Positions 35,291-47,300 of a DNA stretch of 64,000 bases are shown piece after piece (within the stretch, counting starts at the first letter, position 1; each line of letters starts with the position of its first letter). The position numbers and the translations under genes are program-made. This stretch comes from Emiliania huxleyi CCMP1516 (lineage: Eukaryota). Location of the stretch: positions 747,440 through 811,439 of the forward strand of contig NW_005201792.1 in the NCBI RefSeq assembly GCF_000372725.1. The letters run 5' to 3'. The notes under the pieces are model-generated. The model was not told the DNA's origin, searched no databases, and saw only the letters and a program-made list of their open reading frames with translations.

Positions 35291-37000
35291 GGAGGACGGA
35301 GGGCGGCGGGGCTTGAGGAGGCCCAATCCTGCCGCGCGATGCTAGCGCTCGGACGTCGCGAGCGCCGCCGTCGCCCGTCGTTTGGGCCGACGGGGTGCCG
35401 GGCGCACTTGACGGGTTGAGTGCGGGGAGGGCTCCAGCCCGTCGAGTCATGTGCATGTCTATAAGGGGGGGGGGGGGGCTGCTCTCCAAAGGGTGGGGGG
35501 GGGGGGGCTGCTCTGTGCTCTCGAAAGGGGCCGCGGGCGCGTCGGTCGCGCTCTCCGCGCACGCGAAAGTGCCGGCGGCCCCGGGGGCGAGTCTCATATC
35601 CTCGTCGTTCGACATCTGTCATCTCCCATTCTGCCGAGAATTAAAGCCGGCTATTGGAAGAAAAACAGAAAAGAAAGAAAACATGCAGCCCAAACGAGGG
35701 ATGGGGGGGAGGAGGACAGGGTCCCCACCTGCACGAGCCTCGAGCCGGGATATTTTGGAGGGACGATCCGCATCAGGGCGAGGGCGAGGGCGAGGGGCAC
35801 AGGTGGGGCTCTCCTGCTCCTGACAAGGGACACGACAGGCTCGCAGCGCGGTGCACGGTGGACTCCCAACTGCAACTCCACTGGCGGTCTCATCTCAGTC
35901 TAGGTTAGGTTAGGTAGAAAGGTGAAGAACAGCCAGGCTCGGACTGGACACCAACGCGGTATGGGTGGACGCGAGACAGATGATGACGACACGCACGAGC
36001 GACACACAGACACAAACAGGCTCACAAGACACACAGCCAGCTGGCTGCCACACACCCTGAGTTGGCGTACACATAACTCAAGGCCACATCCTCCCTGTCG
36101 CCCCCCCCAGCACTCCAAGGTGCCAAGAGAACAAACAAGGGCACAACAAACAACAGACGACAGGAAGTAACATGTGAGGCTGGAGCAGGCTTGCTCCGCC
36201 TCTAGCAATCTCGCCGCCAGCCGCAAGGCACGGGCGAGACCGTGTGTGGGGTCATGTGAGGTGTCTACGGACGCCCTCCTCGTCAGAGGCTAGCTGCCTA
36301 CTGCTAGCCCTATCTCGCACTCACGGGCAGTGACAATTCAATGGGTGAGTGTTTGCGAGCAGAGGCGCGTGGGCTAAAACCTAAATCCAGGCCGCACGTC
36401 GTGGCACTCACTATGACGAAGTTAGACGTGCGGCCGCAGCGCGCCCATCGTAGGCTCGGCGGTGCGCGCGTGTTAGCGAGAAAGTTGCGGGTAGAGCCAT
36501 GCCCGACTTTCCGAAGACGAGCCCCGCGCCACGGATGCCAAAACAAACAAACTCTCTCTCTCTCGGATGCCAGTCGTGCCTCCTCGCGAGACTGCGAAGA
36601 GAGATAGGAAGAGGCGGACGCCCAAGGGTGGGCGACGGCTAGCGCATCACACCCCTCTCCTTAAAATCCCTGTGTGGTGGCGGCGTGCCGTCCTCCCATC
36701 CCTCCCTTGGCTTGTGAGTTTTCTTTCTTTTCTGCCTCCTCGGGATCCGCCCCTCGAGCCGTCCGCACTGTCCCTGAGTGCGTGCCGCCTTGGCGGCACG
36801 CATTCGGCGAGGACAGTCCTGCTGACGGGAACGTGTTGCGCGCCGGCGACGATTGCGGCGGGGTGCCACGCCGAATTCTTTCCGCGACCCGCACAGAGGC
36901 GGCTGGAAGCCGAGACAGAGGGCTCGATCACAGAAAAGGGCCAGACACCACGTGTGTGCTGCGCTGAGAGCGCGCCAGAACAGGGTCTGAGATAGCCGCG

Positions 37001-38258
37001 ATGTCTTCCTCCATCTTTGGCGCGCCGCAGCCGGCCGCGAGCAACGTGCTTCTCCAGATGAAGGCGGGCAAGCTCACCCAGAGCGGCACGACCGTCACGG
37101 CAGACCCGCGCAAGGGGCTGCTGCTGCTGCAAAAGTCTGACGACGACCTGATGCACCTGATATGGAAGGATCGCTCGAGCAACACGGTCGAGGACGACCT
37201 GATCATCTTCCAGGGCGACGCGACGCTCAAGCACCTGCCGCAGTGCAAGACGGGCTACGCGATGCTCCTCGAGTTCACGACGGGGCGAAAGTCGCTCTTC
37301 TGGTCGCAGGAACCGCGCAAAAAGGGGACCGACTGGGAGGACATCGCCAAGGAGAGCGAGCTGATGAACAAGGCGAACGGCATCCTGAACGGGAGCCAGC
37401 CGCCTGCCGCTGCGCCCTCAGGCGCCGCGCAATACCCGCGCGCGCCGCGCGCGCGCCTGCCCCTGGCCGCGCCCGCTCCTGGCCGCGCCCGCTCCTATCC
37501 CGCCCCGCCCGCCCCGCCCCTGAACCCCCCCCGCCCCCCGCCCCCTCTTCCCCGCAGTTGGCTTTGGAGGCATGACGCACTCGGAGCTCCTCGCGATGCT
37601 CTCCGGCGGCGCCGCACCGGCGGCGGCTCAGCCCGCGGCCGCGGAGCCCTCGACGCCTGCGCCGGCGCCTGCGCCAGCCACTACCGACGCGGCGGCGCCG
37701 GAGGCGTCCTCGGCGACGCCCGCCGCCGCAGCCACCGCCTTCTCGGCCGACTCGATCGCAAACATCCTCGGCAACATCACGCCGGCGGCGCCCGCGCCCG
37801 CGCCCGCGCCGGCGGCGGCGGCGGGCGGCGGCGCCTTTTCTGCGGACTCGATTGCGAGCATCTTGGGCAACATCGCGCCACCGCCGCAGGTGCAGCCGCT
37901 CTCCCTCAACGCCGTGCTCGCGCCAGACGCGGCCCAAGCCCTCGTGGACGGGGAGATGGAGCGGCGGCTGGCCGAGCACCTGCCACAGGGGGGGGCGGTG
38001 GCGGAGAGCGTCCGAGAGACGCTCGCCACACCGCAAATCTCCCAGGCCGCCGCGCGGCTGACGGAGGCCCTCCACACGGGCGACGCGGCGGGCCTTGTGA
38101 TGGAGCTGGGCCTCAACCCAAACTATGGCGGCCTCGGAGTCGAGCCCTTTCTCCGCGCCCTACAGGAGGCGACGCCCAAGCCGTCCGACGACGCCGCCGG
38201 AGGGTCGGAGGAGGAGAAGCCGGACGACAAGGACGGGCCGGCGCCGATGGAGGAGTGA
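37001..38258 (+). CDS. RPN13: Proteasomal ubiquitin receptor RPN13/ADRM1 (one intron at about 37420-37557)
   Basis: PRU domain: LLQMKAGKL...VTADPRKGLL...DDLMHLIWKDR...EDDLIIFQGDA...FWSQE. C-terminal UCH-binding-like region: LAEHLP...TPQISQA...ALHTG...VEPFLRALQ. Confidence 0.9.
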
Positions 38259-38573
38259 GCGACGCGCGCGGGGGGGGGGGGGGGGGGGAGTCGGCGGGGA
38301 GGGGGCCCACCGACGGGAGGGTCAGGAGTCTGGAGAGAGTCTCGGAGTCCGCGGACCGCCGCGTCAGTCCACAGTCGCCTCGGCGTGCATTACACTCTCT
38401 ACGTGATCCTCGTATAGAAAGAAAGCAAAGCGCGCTCACTTTCCCAACTTGGAGCACTTGGAGTGCAGTCGGTAACCTCACATCCAGGGCCGGGGAGTCA
38501 GAAGCGCACCCGCCCCCGGGCTGTTTCTTTTGTCGCCCGAGCACGAAGTGTGGACAAGTGCCGCGCTCAGAAT

Positions 38574-40677
38574 ATGTCGTGCACGGCGGACTGGGTCCGC
38601 CGCTCGACGCGCCGTCAGGCAGAGCCGGCGAGGCTCGCCGAGGAGGACTGGGATCCGGGTCGGCAGGCGGAGATGTCGCTCTTCCTCGTCGGCAGCAACG
38701 ACTGGCACAGCCTCGAGGGGCGGGCCGGCGCGAGGATCGATCTGGTCAACCTGCTCGACGACGAGTCCCTCCCGCCCGTCGCGCCTCCCGCCGCGCCGTC
38801 CACGGCTCGCCGCTGGCTCCTCCCCGCGACGGACCGGGTGGCGCTGCGCCTCGCCCGACAGCGCCGCGCGCTCGAGGCCGCCGGCTGGACGCTGCTCAGC
38901 AGCAGCCCCGCGCTGGTGGAGAGCCTGAACAACAAGGCGCTGCTGCAGAAGCACGCGGCGGAGCTGCGGCTCGGCCACCTGCTCCCGCGCCACTACTTCG
39001 CCGCCGCCGCCGCGTCCTACCCGAGCGTCTTCAAGCCGGCCTGCGGAGAGCACGGTGAGGGCGTCGCAATCGTGCGGTCCGAGAGGGAGGCGGAGGCGCT
39101 GATTGCGGAGGGCGGCGGGCGAGGCGGCTGGGTGCTGCAGGAGCTGGTGCGCGGCCGGCGGGAGGTCAGCCTCTCCCTGCTGCTGCGGGAGGGCGAGGTC
39201 GTGACGGGCGTGCGGACAGTGTATGTGTACGAGGAGGCGGAGTACGTGTGGCCCCGGGTGCGGGAGGACGTGGCGCAGCGCGCCTCCGAGCCCGTGTCGA
39301 GCTCCGACGCGGAGGCGACCCCCCTCCCCCCCCCCCCCCCCCCCCCTCCCTCCGCCCCTCTCTCCCTTCGCCCCTCTCTCCCCGCCCCTCCCCCTCTCTC
39401 CCCGCCGCGCGTGCCGCTCCTCCCCGCCTCGAGTGCCGTGCCCCGGCAGGCGGCCGCGAGTCAACTCATGAGTCTAATGAGTGAGTGACGCCGCGAGCAG
39501 GTGGTCGTGCTGGCTAAGCTGCTCGCCGGCTACACGGGCGTGTGCAACCTCAACTACAAGCGGCGGCCCGACGGCTCTCCCGTCGTCTTCGAGGTCAACG
39601 CGAGGATCGGCGCCGACCTGGCGTGCGACGTGCCTCCTCCGCTGCTGCGCGCATCCTCCTGGCTGCTGATCCGCCCCCGGTTGCGAGCCGCGTCTCTTCA
39701 CATGCCTGGCTGTGAACAGGCGCGCCTTCTTGCTCGCCGTCGACCAGGGCGTCGCGCTTGCGAGGGCGGGGGGGGCGGCCGGGCGCATGGACGGCGCTGC
39801 TGCCCCGCTGGAGAGCGACGACGACAGCGACGACGACCTGCCGCTGGTGCGCCGAAGGGCGCCGGAGAAGCGTGCGGCCGAGGCGGGTCTGGCTCACGGG
39901 CCGGGCTGGCGCCGAGACGCGGGAAGGAAGGAGGAAGGGCGGACGGCGGACACGGCGGCGGAGGAGCCGGCGGAGGGGGGCTACTGGCGCGAGGGGGACC
40001 GCACCAGCGACGACGACGGAGAGGACGATCTGCAGGATGATCTGCCGCTCGCGAAGCGGCGCAGGCCGCCGGCGCCTCCCGCAGCTCGCGCTGCGGAGGA
40101 GTGCACCGAGACGCAGCAGCCACTTCAGGCGGTCGTGACACAGGACGGAGGCTGGCACCGGGAGAAGGAGAGGCGGAGGGCGGCAGAGGCGGCGGCAGCG
40201 AGGGAGGCGGCGGCAGCGAGGGAGGCGGCGGCGGCGGCAAGGGAGGCGGCGGCAGCAAGGGAGGCGGCGGCAGCGAGGGAGGCGGCGACAGCGAGGGAGG
40301 CGGCGGCAGCAAGGGAGGCGGCAGCGGCGAGGGAGGCGGCGGCGGCGAGGGAGGCGGCGGCGGCGAGGGAGGCGGCGGCGGCAAGGGAGGCGGCGGCAGC
40401 AAGGGAGGCGGCGGCAGCGAGGGAGGCGGCAGCAGCAAGGGAGGCGGCAGCAGCGAGGGAGGTGACGTTAGCGGCGGCGGAGGCGCAAGCGGCAGAGGCG
40501 CGCGAGGCCGGGTCAGAGGTGGGCAGTGCGATGCGCGCGGGTGTGGCCGGGATGGAGGTGGATGCAACAGGCTCTGCCGAGAGGCGGGACGACTTTGCCC
40601 TGCTTGTGCTCCCTCCAAAGAAGGCCTTCTCGCGGCGGGCGGCGCTGGCCAGGCTCAGTGCTGGTGGCGAGACGTGA
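38574..40677 (+). CDS. ATP-grasp domain protein with a low-complexity C-terminal tail; multi-exon
   Basis: SLNNKALL, YPSVFKPACGEHGEGVAIV, WVLQELVRG.RE and YTGVCNLNYK...VVFEVNARIG. The link to the downstream exon 39712-40677 is inferred. Confidence 0.7.
40186..40461 (+). repeat. Coding 18-bp tandem repeat, (REAAAA)n, about 14 units
   Basis: AGGGAGGCGGCGGCAGCG-type units occur within ORF 39712-40677. Confidence 0.9.
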
Positions 40678-41680
40678 AGCTGAGCTAATGCGGTAATGAG
40701 AACGTTGTCAACTGCGTAAGGCTATATTTGCATGATGTCGTCGGTGGGTAGAGCTCTCCATTTTGGAAGGACGATCAGGGGCACAGGGGGTGGGTTCTCC
40801 TGATCGTGCAGGTGGTGGAGCCCAGGTGCGGGGGACCCTCGAGTCTCCTCCTCCCCCATCCCCTCTCGTTTGGCTTGTGAGAGTTGAGCGTCGAGCTTTC
40901 TTTAGACTTTTTAGATTTTACACTTTCATCTTTCCACGTCTTTTCGGAGTTCGGTGGTTTTGCCTGTGATGGTGCTAGCACGCGCCAGTCCGCACCTGTG
41001 TCGAGCCTGTCTGCTGTGAGAGAGAGCGGTTGATTTTGTTAAATACTTTCTTCGTCTCTTTCAAAAACGAGAGAGAGAGCGGAAGGAATTAATCTCTCTC
41101 TTAATCCGACGACCAGGCCGCAGGCGACTTAAACGAGAGACGACCCCAGACGAGGGTGCTACACCGCCACGCCACGAACGAGGTGACCCTCGGCGGATCT
41201 CTCGAACGCGTCCGCATTACCTCCCCCTTTCGCCTTCCTTCCTCGCTCCCCCGCCACGCATGTCAGAGAGAGAGAGACCTCCTTAAGTCCTTATCAGCTG
41301 TACAAGCTGGTCGGCCGCCATGTGGGCCTCCGGGCCTGCTGCGGCGGCGCGGCCGGTTGAGGCCGGGCTCGGCCCGGCCTGCGACGGCTGGCCGCCGACG
41401 AGCCGCTCGCGCTGCTCGTCAAAATGGCGGCGGTGTCGATTGCGGCGACGGTCCATTCAGTCGCTCAGCGCTCAGGCGTCTGTCGTCTGTCGTCTGTTGT
41501 CGCATTTCGCACACGCGCGCGCCGCGCGACCCGCGTCGCTCCGCGAGGGCATGAGCCTTCCGCGATTCGATCCCGCAGCCAAAAGCTGCTCGCTCGAACC
41601 GTGGCCGACTCTGCCATCGGCCATCGCGGCTGCAGCTGTTGAACTCTCCAGAAGACTGGTGCCTGATATGCTGCCTCCCT

Positions 41681-42037
41681 GCAGATAAGCCTCTCTCAGG
41701 ATCACAGACACCCCTCTCAGGATCACAGCACCGGCGGGGGCGCGCCTCAGGATCAAGCACCCACGGCAGGGTCTGTGGGGATCAGCAGACCTTGAGGGGG
41801 CGTGCTGAGGATCATAGGAATGAGAGGGGTGCTGTCAAGATCACAGGGCTGCAAAGGGTGGCACTCGAGATCAGAGCGCCAAAATAGGTGCAATACAGAT
41901 CAGCGGCCGGAAGTGGGCGCAATACAGATCACGAGCGCCGAATTTGGTGCCCTTACATCATGAAACCGTCGCGCCAACCCGTCTCCTCGCCTCCTCTTCT
42001 CACGGACCACAGGGGCAGATAAGCCTCTCTCAGGATC
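41681..42037. repeat. Phased GATCA array (29-30 bp period) bracketed by a 23-bp direct repeat
   Basis: GATCA occurs at 41700, 41721, 41751, 41780, 41810, 41839, 41869, 41898 and 41927, with CATCA at 41956. GCAGATAAGCCTCTCTCAGGATC occurs at 41681-41703 and 42015-42037. Confidence 0.8.
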
Positions 42038-42974
42038 TCAGAAGAGTCGTGATTTCTTGTTGGTTTTCAAAAATCTCTCTCTGTCAGAGGCTCGGCCGAA
42101 ACGAGTTATCGCGGCGGCTCTTGGCTGAGGGTCTCTCTTCGGTTCGTATGCCGCAAGAAGGACGCATCATTACTCAATCTACCTCTCTCACCCTGGGCCG
42201 TCCCGCTTTGATCTCTCGGTCAGGTGGGAGGCCGAGCAGCCTCAGGGTGGCGGGCGCGGGCGGGCGTGTTGAAAAACAGAAAACAGAAAACAAGAGGGGG
42301 CCCGGGGGGGGCCAGGCCCCCACTGGGAGTAGAAAATACGCCCAAGGGGGCCAAGGAGGCAAGGAGGCGGCGCGGGGAAGCAGCATCAGGTGAGAGCAGG
42401 AAGGATGGCGCTTAGGGTCGGCTTTGAACAAGGGTTTCCAGGTTTTAGATCAGTATTGGTGTCGGCAGACATCCCCACATGAGGTCAGCGGCGCGCAGTG
42501 CCTCTCTCGCGGGCTGATTTTGGCTGTGTTCGAGCTTGTTTTTGTTTTCAGTCTAGGGGGCCCGACCCCCTCAGAGGCGGCGGGCGGGCGCCCACTGACC
42601 GAGAGATCAAAACGGGACGGCCCGCTCTCTGCCTCTACTTACGCGTGCGAGCCGCGTGTGAGTACTGAGGGGCCACTGGAGAGAGACGTGTTGTTTTTGT
42701 TGTTGAGACGTGTAGCGTGTCGCTATGTTTAGGTCTCACCTCATTACTTACTTACTTACTCAATGCGATCGTCACTGTCTCTCCTTTCTCCTCGACTGTC
42801 TCTGTGCTTCGTCTTGTGGGTGGGATAGCGATAGGGGGAGTGAGAGGCAAAAGAAAAGTGCGGGGAAAAGAAATTTTTCGGTGTCCGAGTTCTCATTGGA
42901 CGTCCCGCCTTTAGACCGCGAGCCGCCCCGCCCATCCTTGTTTTCGGCTGCCGCGCGTGCTTGTGTTCGCGGCG

Positions 42975-44324
42975 ATGGAGGTCACCACGAAGATGCGTAT
43001 CGGTGATCCGGTGTGGCTCCGCGGCGCCAAGAAGGGCGGAGAGCCCTTCGAGCTCGGGCAGGTCACAAATGTGCAGCAGAATGGCGCACGCGTGACTGTC
43101 GCCGACGCGAGTGGCGCTGAGCGAGCGTTTGACGCTGCAAACGCAGACGTATTTCCAGCCAACCCGGCGGGGAGCACCGCGCCCGACCACTGTGGGCTAA
43201 TCCACCTCAACGAGCCCTCCATCCTCGAGAACTCGCGGGCTCGCTACGCCTCGGATGACATCTACACCTACACGGGCAAGATTCTGATCGCGCTCAATCC
43301 GTTTGCCAACCTATCATCCATCTACAGGCGAGGGCCATCCCATCACCGCCACAGCAAACGAGCGTTCATGCATCTCCGCACGGCCGTCCCGCCGCATCGG
43401 GATGCATGCAGCGCGGAGCGGCGCAGACGCCCGGCCCGCCGCCAGCTGCCGGATTGTGCCACGATCCGCGCCCGGAGATGCGAGCTGCGCCGCGCCGCGA
43501 GCACCACGTGGCGCACACGCCATCACTCTTGCGCCCAGACCATCGCACCCTCCCGCACTCCCGGCCCCCGCAGCGAGGAGACGATGGCAAAGTACAAGGA
43601 CAAGGACGTCGGCGCGCGCGGCGCCGAGCCTCACGTGTATGCGATGGGCGAGGCGGCGTACAAGCACGTGAAGCGGAACAAGACGCCGGCGGCCATCATC
43701 ATGTCGGGTGCGCTTACGGCTGAGCGTGTGGGGGTGGGGCGCCCCTGCGAGGTGGGCGGGCGCCGTCGACCCTGCCTCGAGCGGAGCAGAGAGCGTGGCG
43801 ACGAGCGGGCCAGGGAGGGGAGAGTCAGGGAGGGGAGAGAGCGCGTGCCGCCCTGGGGCGGAGGGCCGAGGGCCGTGCCCCGCAACGCAGGCGAGTCCGG
43901 CGCCGGCAAGACGGAGACGACCAAGCACATCATGCGCTACCTGGCTTGGCGCTCCGAGTCGGTGCGGGCCAGCCGCATCGCGGCAGCCTCCGCCGCCCAG
44001 TCTCAGCAGCAGCAGTCCAGCTGCAGCAGCCTCATCCGCAGCCGTCTTAGCCGCAGCGGTACAACTCACGGCCAGGAGAGGCGCCCGGCTCGCTGTTTCA
44101 CCCGTTGGCTCTGCCACCGCTGCTTCGGCCCACCACGACCTCGTCGGCGTCGGTTCCACAACCCACCTCCCGCCTCTCCCCCCCCTCCCCGTCGCCAGGT
44201 GAGCAAGAAGGCGGAGGGGAAGCTCGACACGCTCGCCGACGCCATCCTCGGCACCAACCCTCTCCTCGAGGCCTTCGGAAACGCAAAGACGGCGCGCCAG
44301 AGAGCAACGCCACCGCGTACCGCT

Positions 44325-44363
<39 letters not shown>

Positions 44364-47300
44364 TCTCGCTGCCGCCACCTCGCCGCCACCGTCCTCCCGT
44401 CGCCGCCCCTCACCACCTTCGCTCTGCGCAGGTGCGCAACAACAACTCGTCCCGCTTCGGCAAGATGATGCGCCTCCACTTTGAGCCGAGCGGCGCGGTG
44501 GCGGGCGCCTACATCAAGACGTACCTGCTCGAAAAGTCGCGAGCGGTGGCCATCACCGACCCGGAGCGAAACTACCACATCTTTTACCAGCTCTGCGCCG
44601 CGGGCCCCGCCGAGGACAAGGCGCCGCATCGCGTACTCCACACCTAGTGCTGACGCTCTCGCGCCCGTCCCTCAGCGGCGGCGCGCCCACACGAGCTCGC
44701 GGGTGCTCGGGTCTGGCCGTGCGTGACGCGTCCACACCCCTGCGTGTGCTCCAGGGCTCGCTCCTGGCCAGCCTCAAGCCGACGGACCTGAACATGCTCA
44801 ACCAGTCCAAGTGCATCGAGCTCAAGGGCAAGAGCGACGCCAAGGACTATGCGGAGACGGTCCAGGCGATGGACACGCTCGGCATCCCGAAGAAGGAGCA
44901 GTCGGAGCTCTTCCGCGTGCTCTCTGCGCTGCTGCTGCTTGGCAACATCAAGTTCACCGACGACGCAAACGACAAGGCCGTCTTCGACGAGCAGCTCGGC
45001 AAGGGCGACTTTTGCAAGGCGGCCGAGGAGCTGCTCGCGTGCGGCGCCCTCTCCAAGAACCTGACGAGCAAGGTGATGAAGGGCAAGGAGAAGCCCGACG
45101 GCCGCCGCTCCATCTACACGATCGCCTACTCGGCGAAGCAGGCGGGGGCCGTGCGCGACGCGGTGGTCAAGTCCATCTACACGCACCTCTTCGACTGGAT
45201 CGTGGAGAAGGTCAACACCTTCATCGCCGGCAACGAGTCGACCCCGTCGCTGCCGTACGTCGGACTCCTCGACATCTTCGGCTTTGAGAACTTTGCGCAC
45301 AACTCGTTCGAGCAGCTCTGCATCAACTTCGCAAACGAGAAGCTGCAGCAGTTCTTCCTCACGCAGGTCTTCAAGGAGGAGGAGGTGCTGCACGTCAAGG
45401 AGGGCGTCCCGTGGAAGGAGGTCGAGTACCAGGACAACACGCCGTGCATCGAGCTGATGGAGAAGCCGCCCAACGGCATCTTCCGGCTGCTCGACTCGCA
45501 GTGCAAGGCGCCAAAGGCGAGCGAGGAGGCGCTGTGCGAGCAGGTCAACGAGACGCACAAGAAGGGCGGCTTCCTCGCGCCGACGCGCCTCAAGCGGATG
45601 CGGGACGGGGAGGGCTTCATCGTGCGGCACTACGCGGGCGACGTCGTCTACGAGACGAGCACCGTCATCGGCAAGGCGACCAAGGTTTCCGAGGTGTCGT
45701 TGCTCGAGAAGAACAACGACACGCTGCAGGAGGACTGGCTCGAGCAGCTGGCCGGCTCGGAGGTGCCGCTGCTCAAGTCGCTCTTCTCGCCCGGCTGGGA
45801 GGCCGCCCTCAAGGCCAAGAAGTCGGCCTCCTTCTCCAGCGTCGGCAAGCGCTTCGTCAACGACCTCAACTCGCTGCTCGACGAGCTCAAGGCGTCCAAG
45901 GCGCACTTTGTGCGCTGCATCAAGCCAAACTCGAAGCAGGTCAAGAAGGAGTTCGAGCCGGCGATGGTGCTCGACCAGCTGCGCTGCTCGGGCGTCGTCG
46001 AGGCGGTGCGGGTCATGACGGAGGCGTACCCGACGCGCATCCCGTACGAGGTGAGCCGCTCACAAGCCCGCGTCGCGCCCTCCCTCCCTCTCCTCCCAAG
46101 CACCAAGCCTCCTTCCGCCGCGCCCTCCAGGTGATCCACGGGCGCTACGCGCCGCTGATGGGCAAGGAGGTGCTCGACGCGACCGGCGACGAGCCGGCGG
46201 CCTTCTGCGAGGCGATCGCTATCGCGTGCGACGTCGCCCCCGGCGACTTTGCGCTCGGGCTGACGAAGCTCTTCCTCAAGGTTGGCTGCGGCGTCTTCCT
46301 CGAAGACCTCGCCTCGATGGACACGGCGGTGGTCGTGCCGCTGCTCGTCGCCAAGATCGCCGAGTCCAAGCGCAAGAAGGGCGCCGAGAAGGTCATCGGC
46401 AACGCCGTCTACGGCTGGTTCCTGCGCAAGCGGTACAAGGAGAAGAGGGCGGCCGCCGCCCTCGCGCAGCACCGGATGCGCACGCTCAAGGCGCGGCGCG
46501 AGTACCAGAAGTGGTCCAAGGAGCGGCAGGAGCGACTCAAGCGCGAGGCGGCGGAGCGCACCAAGAAGGAGGCGGAGGAGAAGGCGATGCGCGAGGCCGA
46601 GGCCGAGGCGCGCCGCAAGGCCGAGGCCGAGGCGTCCGCCAACAAGAAGAAGGCGGACGAGAAGGCCGTGGCGGCTGCGGTTGCGAAGGCCAAGGCGGAG
46701 GCCGAGGCGCGGGTCGCGGCCGAGATGGCGGAGGCCGAGGCGCGCGTCGCGGCCGAGATGGCCGAGAACGAGGCGCGCAACGCGGCGAAGCAGAAGCTCG
46801 ACCGCAAGCGCAGCGACTCGAACGTGTTCGGCTCGCAGCCGATGGTGGAGGCCACCCTCGCGTCGCCGCGCGGCCGCGCGGGGAGCACCACTCGGCGTCC
46901 CTCGTTCTTCGACGCCGCCTCGAACGCGAACCTGACCGAGGCGCTCACCGAGGCGCAGAAGGAGAAGGAGGCGGAGAAGGTGGCCGGCGGCGGCATCGAC
47001 GGCACCATGTCGCTCGAGAAGGCGTCCTCCAACCACGCGGTCAAGAAGGAGGAGTACTTTGACGTGCTGATCATCCGCGACGTGGGCAAGGGCACGCTCG
47101 GGATCGCCGTCGACCTGTGGGATGGCGAGGTGACGGTGGGCGCCATCACGACGGGCGGCCCGGCCGACCGCGAGGGCACGCTCGTGCAGGGCGACGTCAT
47201 CAAGGGCGTCGACGGCTGCCCGTGCAACACGATCGAGGAGGTGACGGGGATGGTGCAGAAGGCGCCCAAGGACATCCGCCTGTCGATCTGCCGCCGCCCC

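Noticed and set aside
35900..35917. TTAGG telomere-like run (also degenerate CCCTAA near 32020-32050)
   Set aside because: Only two to three units; too short to call an interstitial telomere.
1..38258. CAND1, CSN7 and RPN13 as a ubiquitin-proteasome gene cluster
   Set aside because: They are separated by many unrelated genes over 38 kb. Chance is sufficient without synteny evidence.
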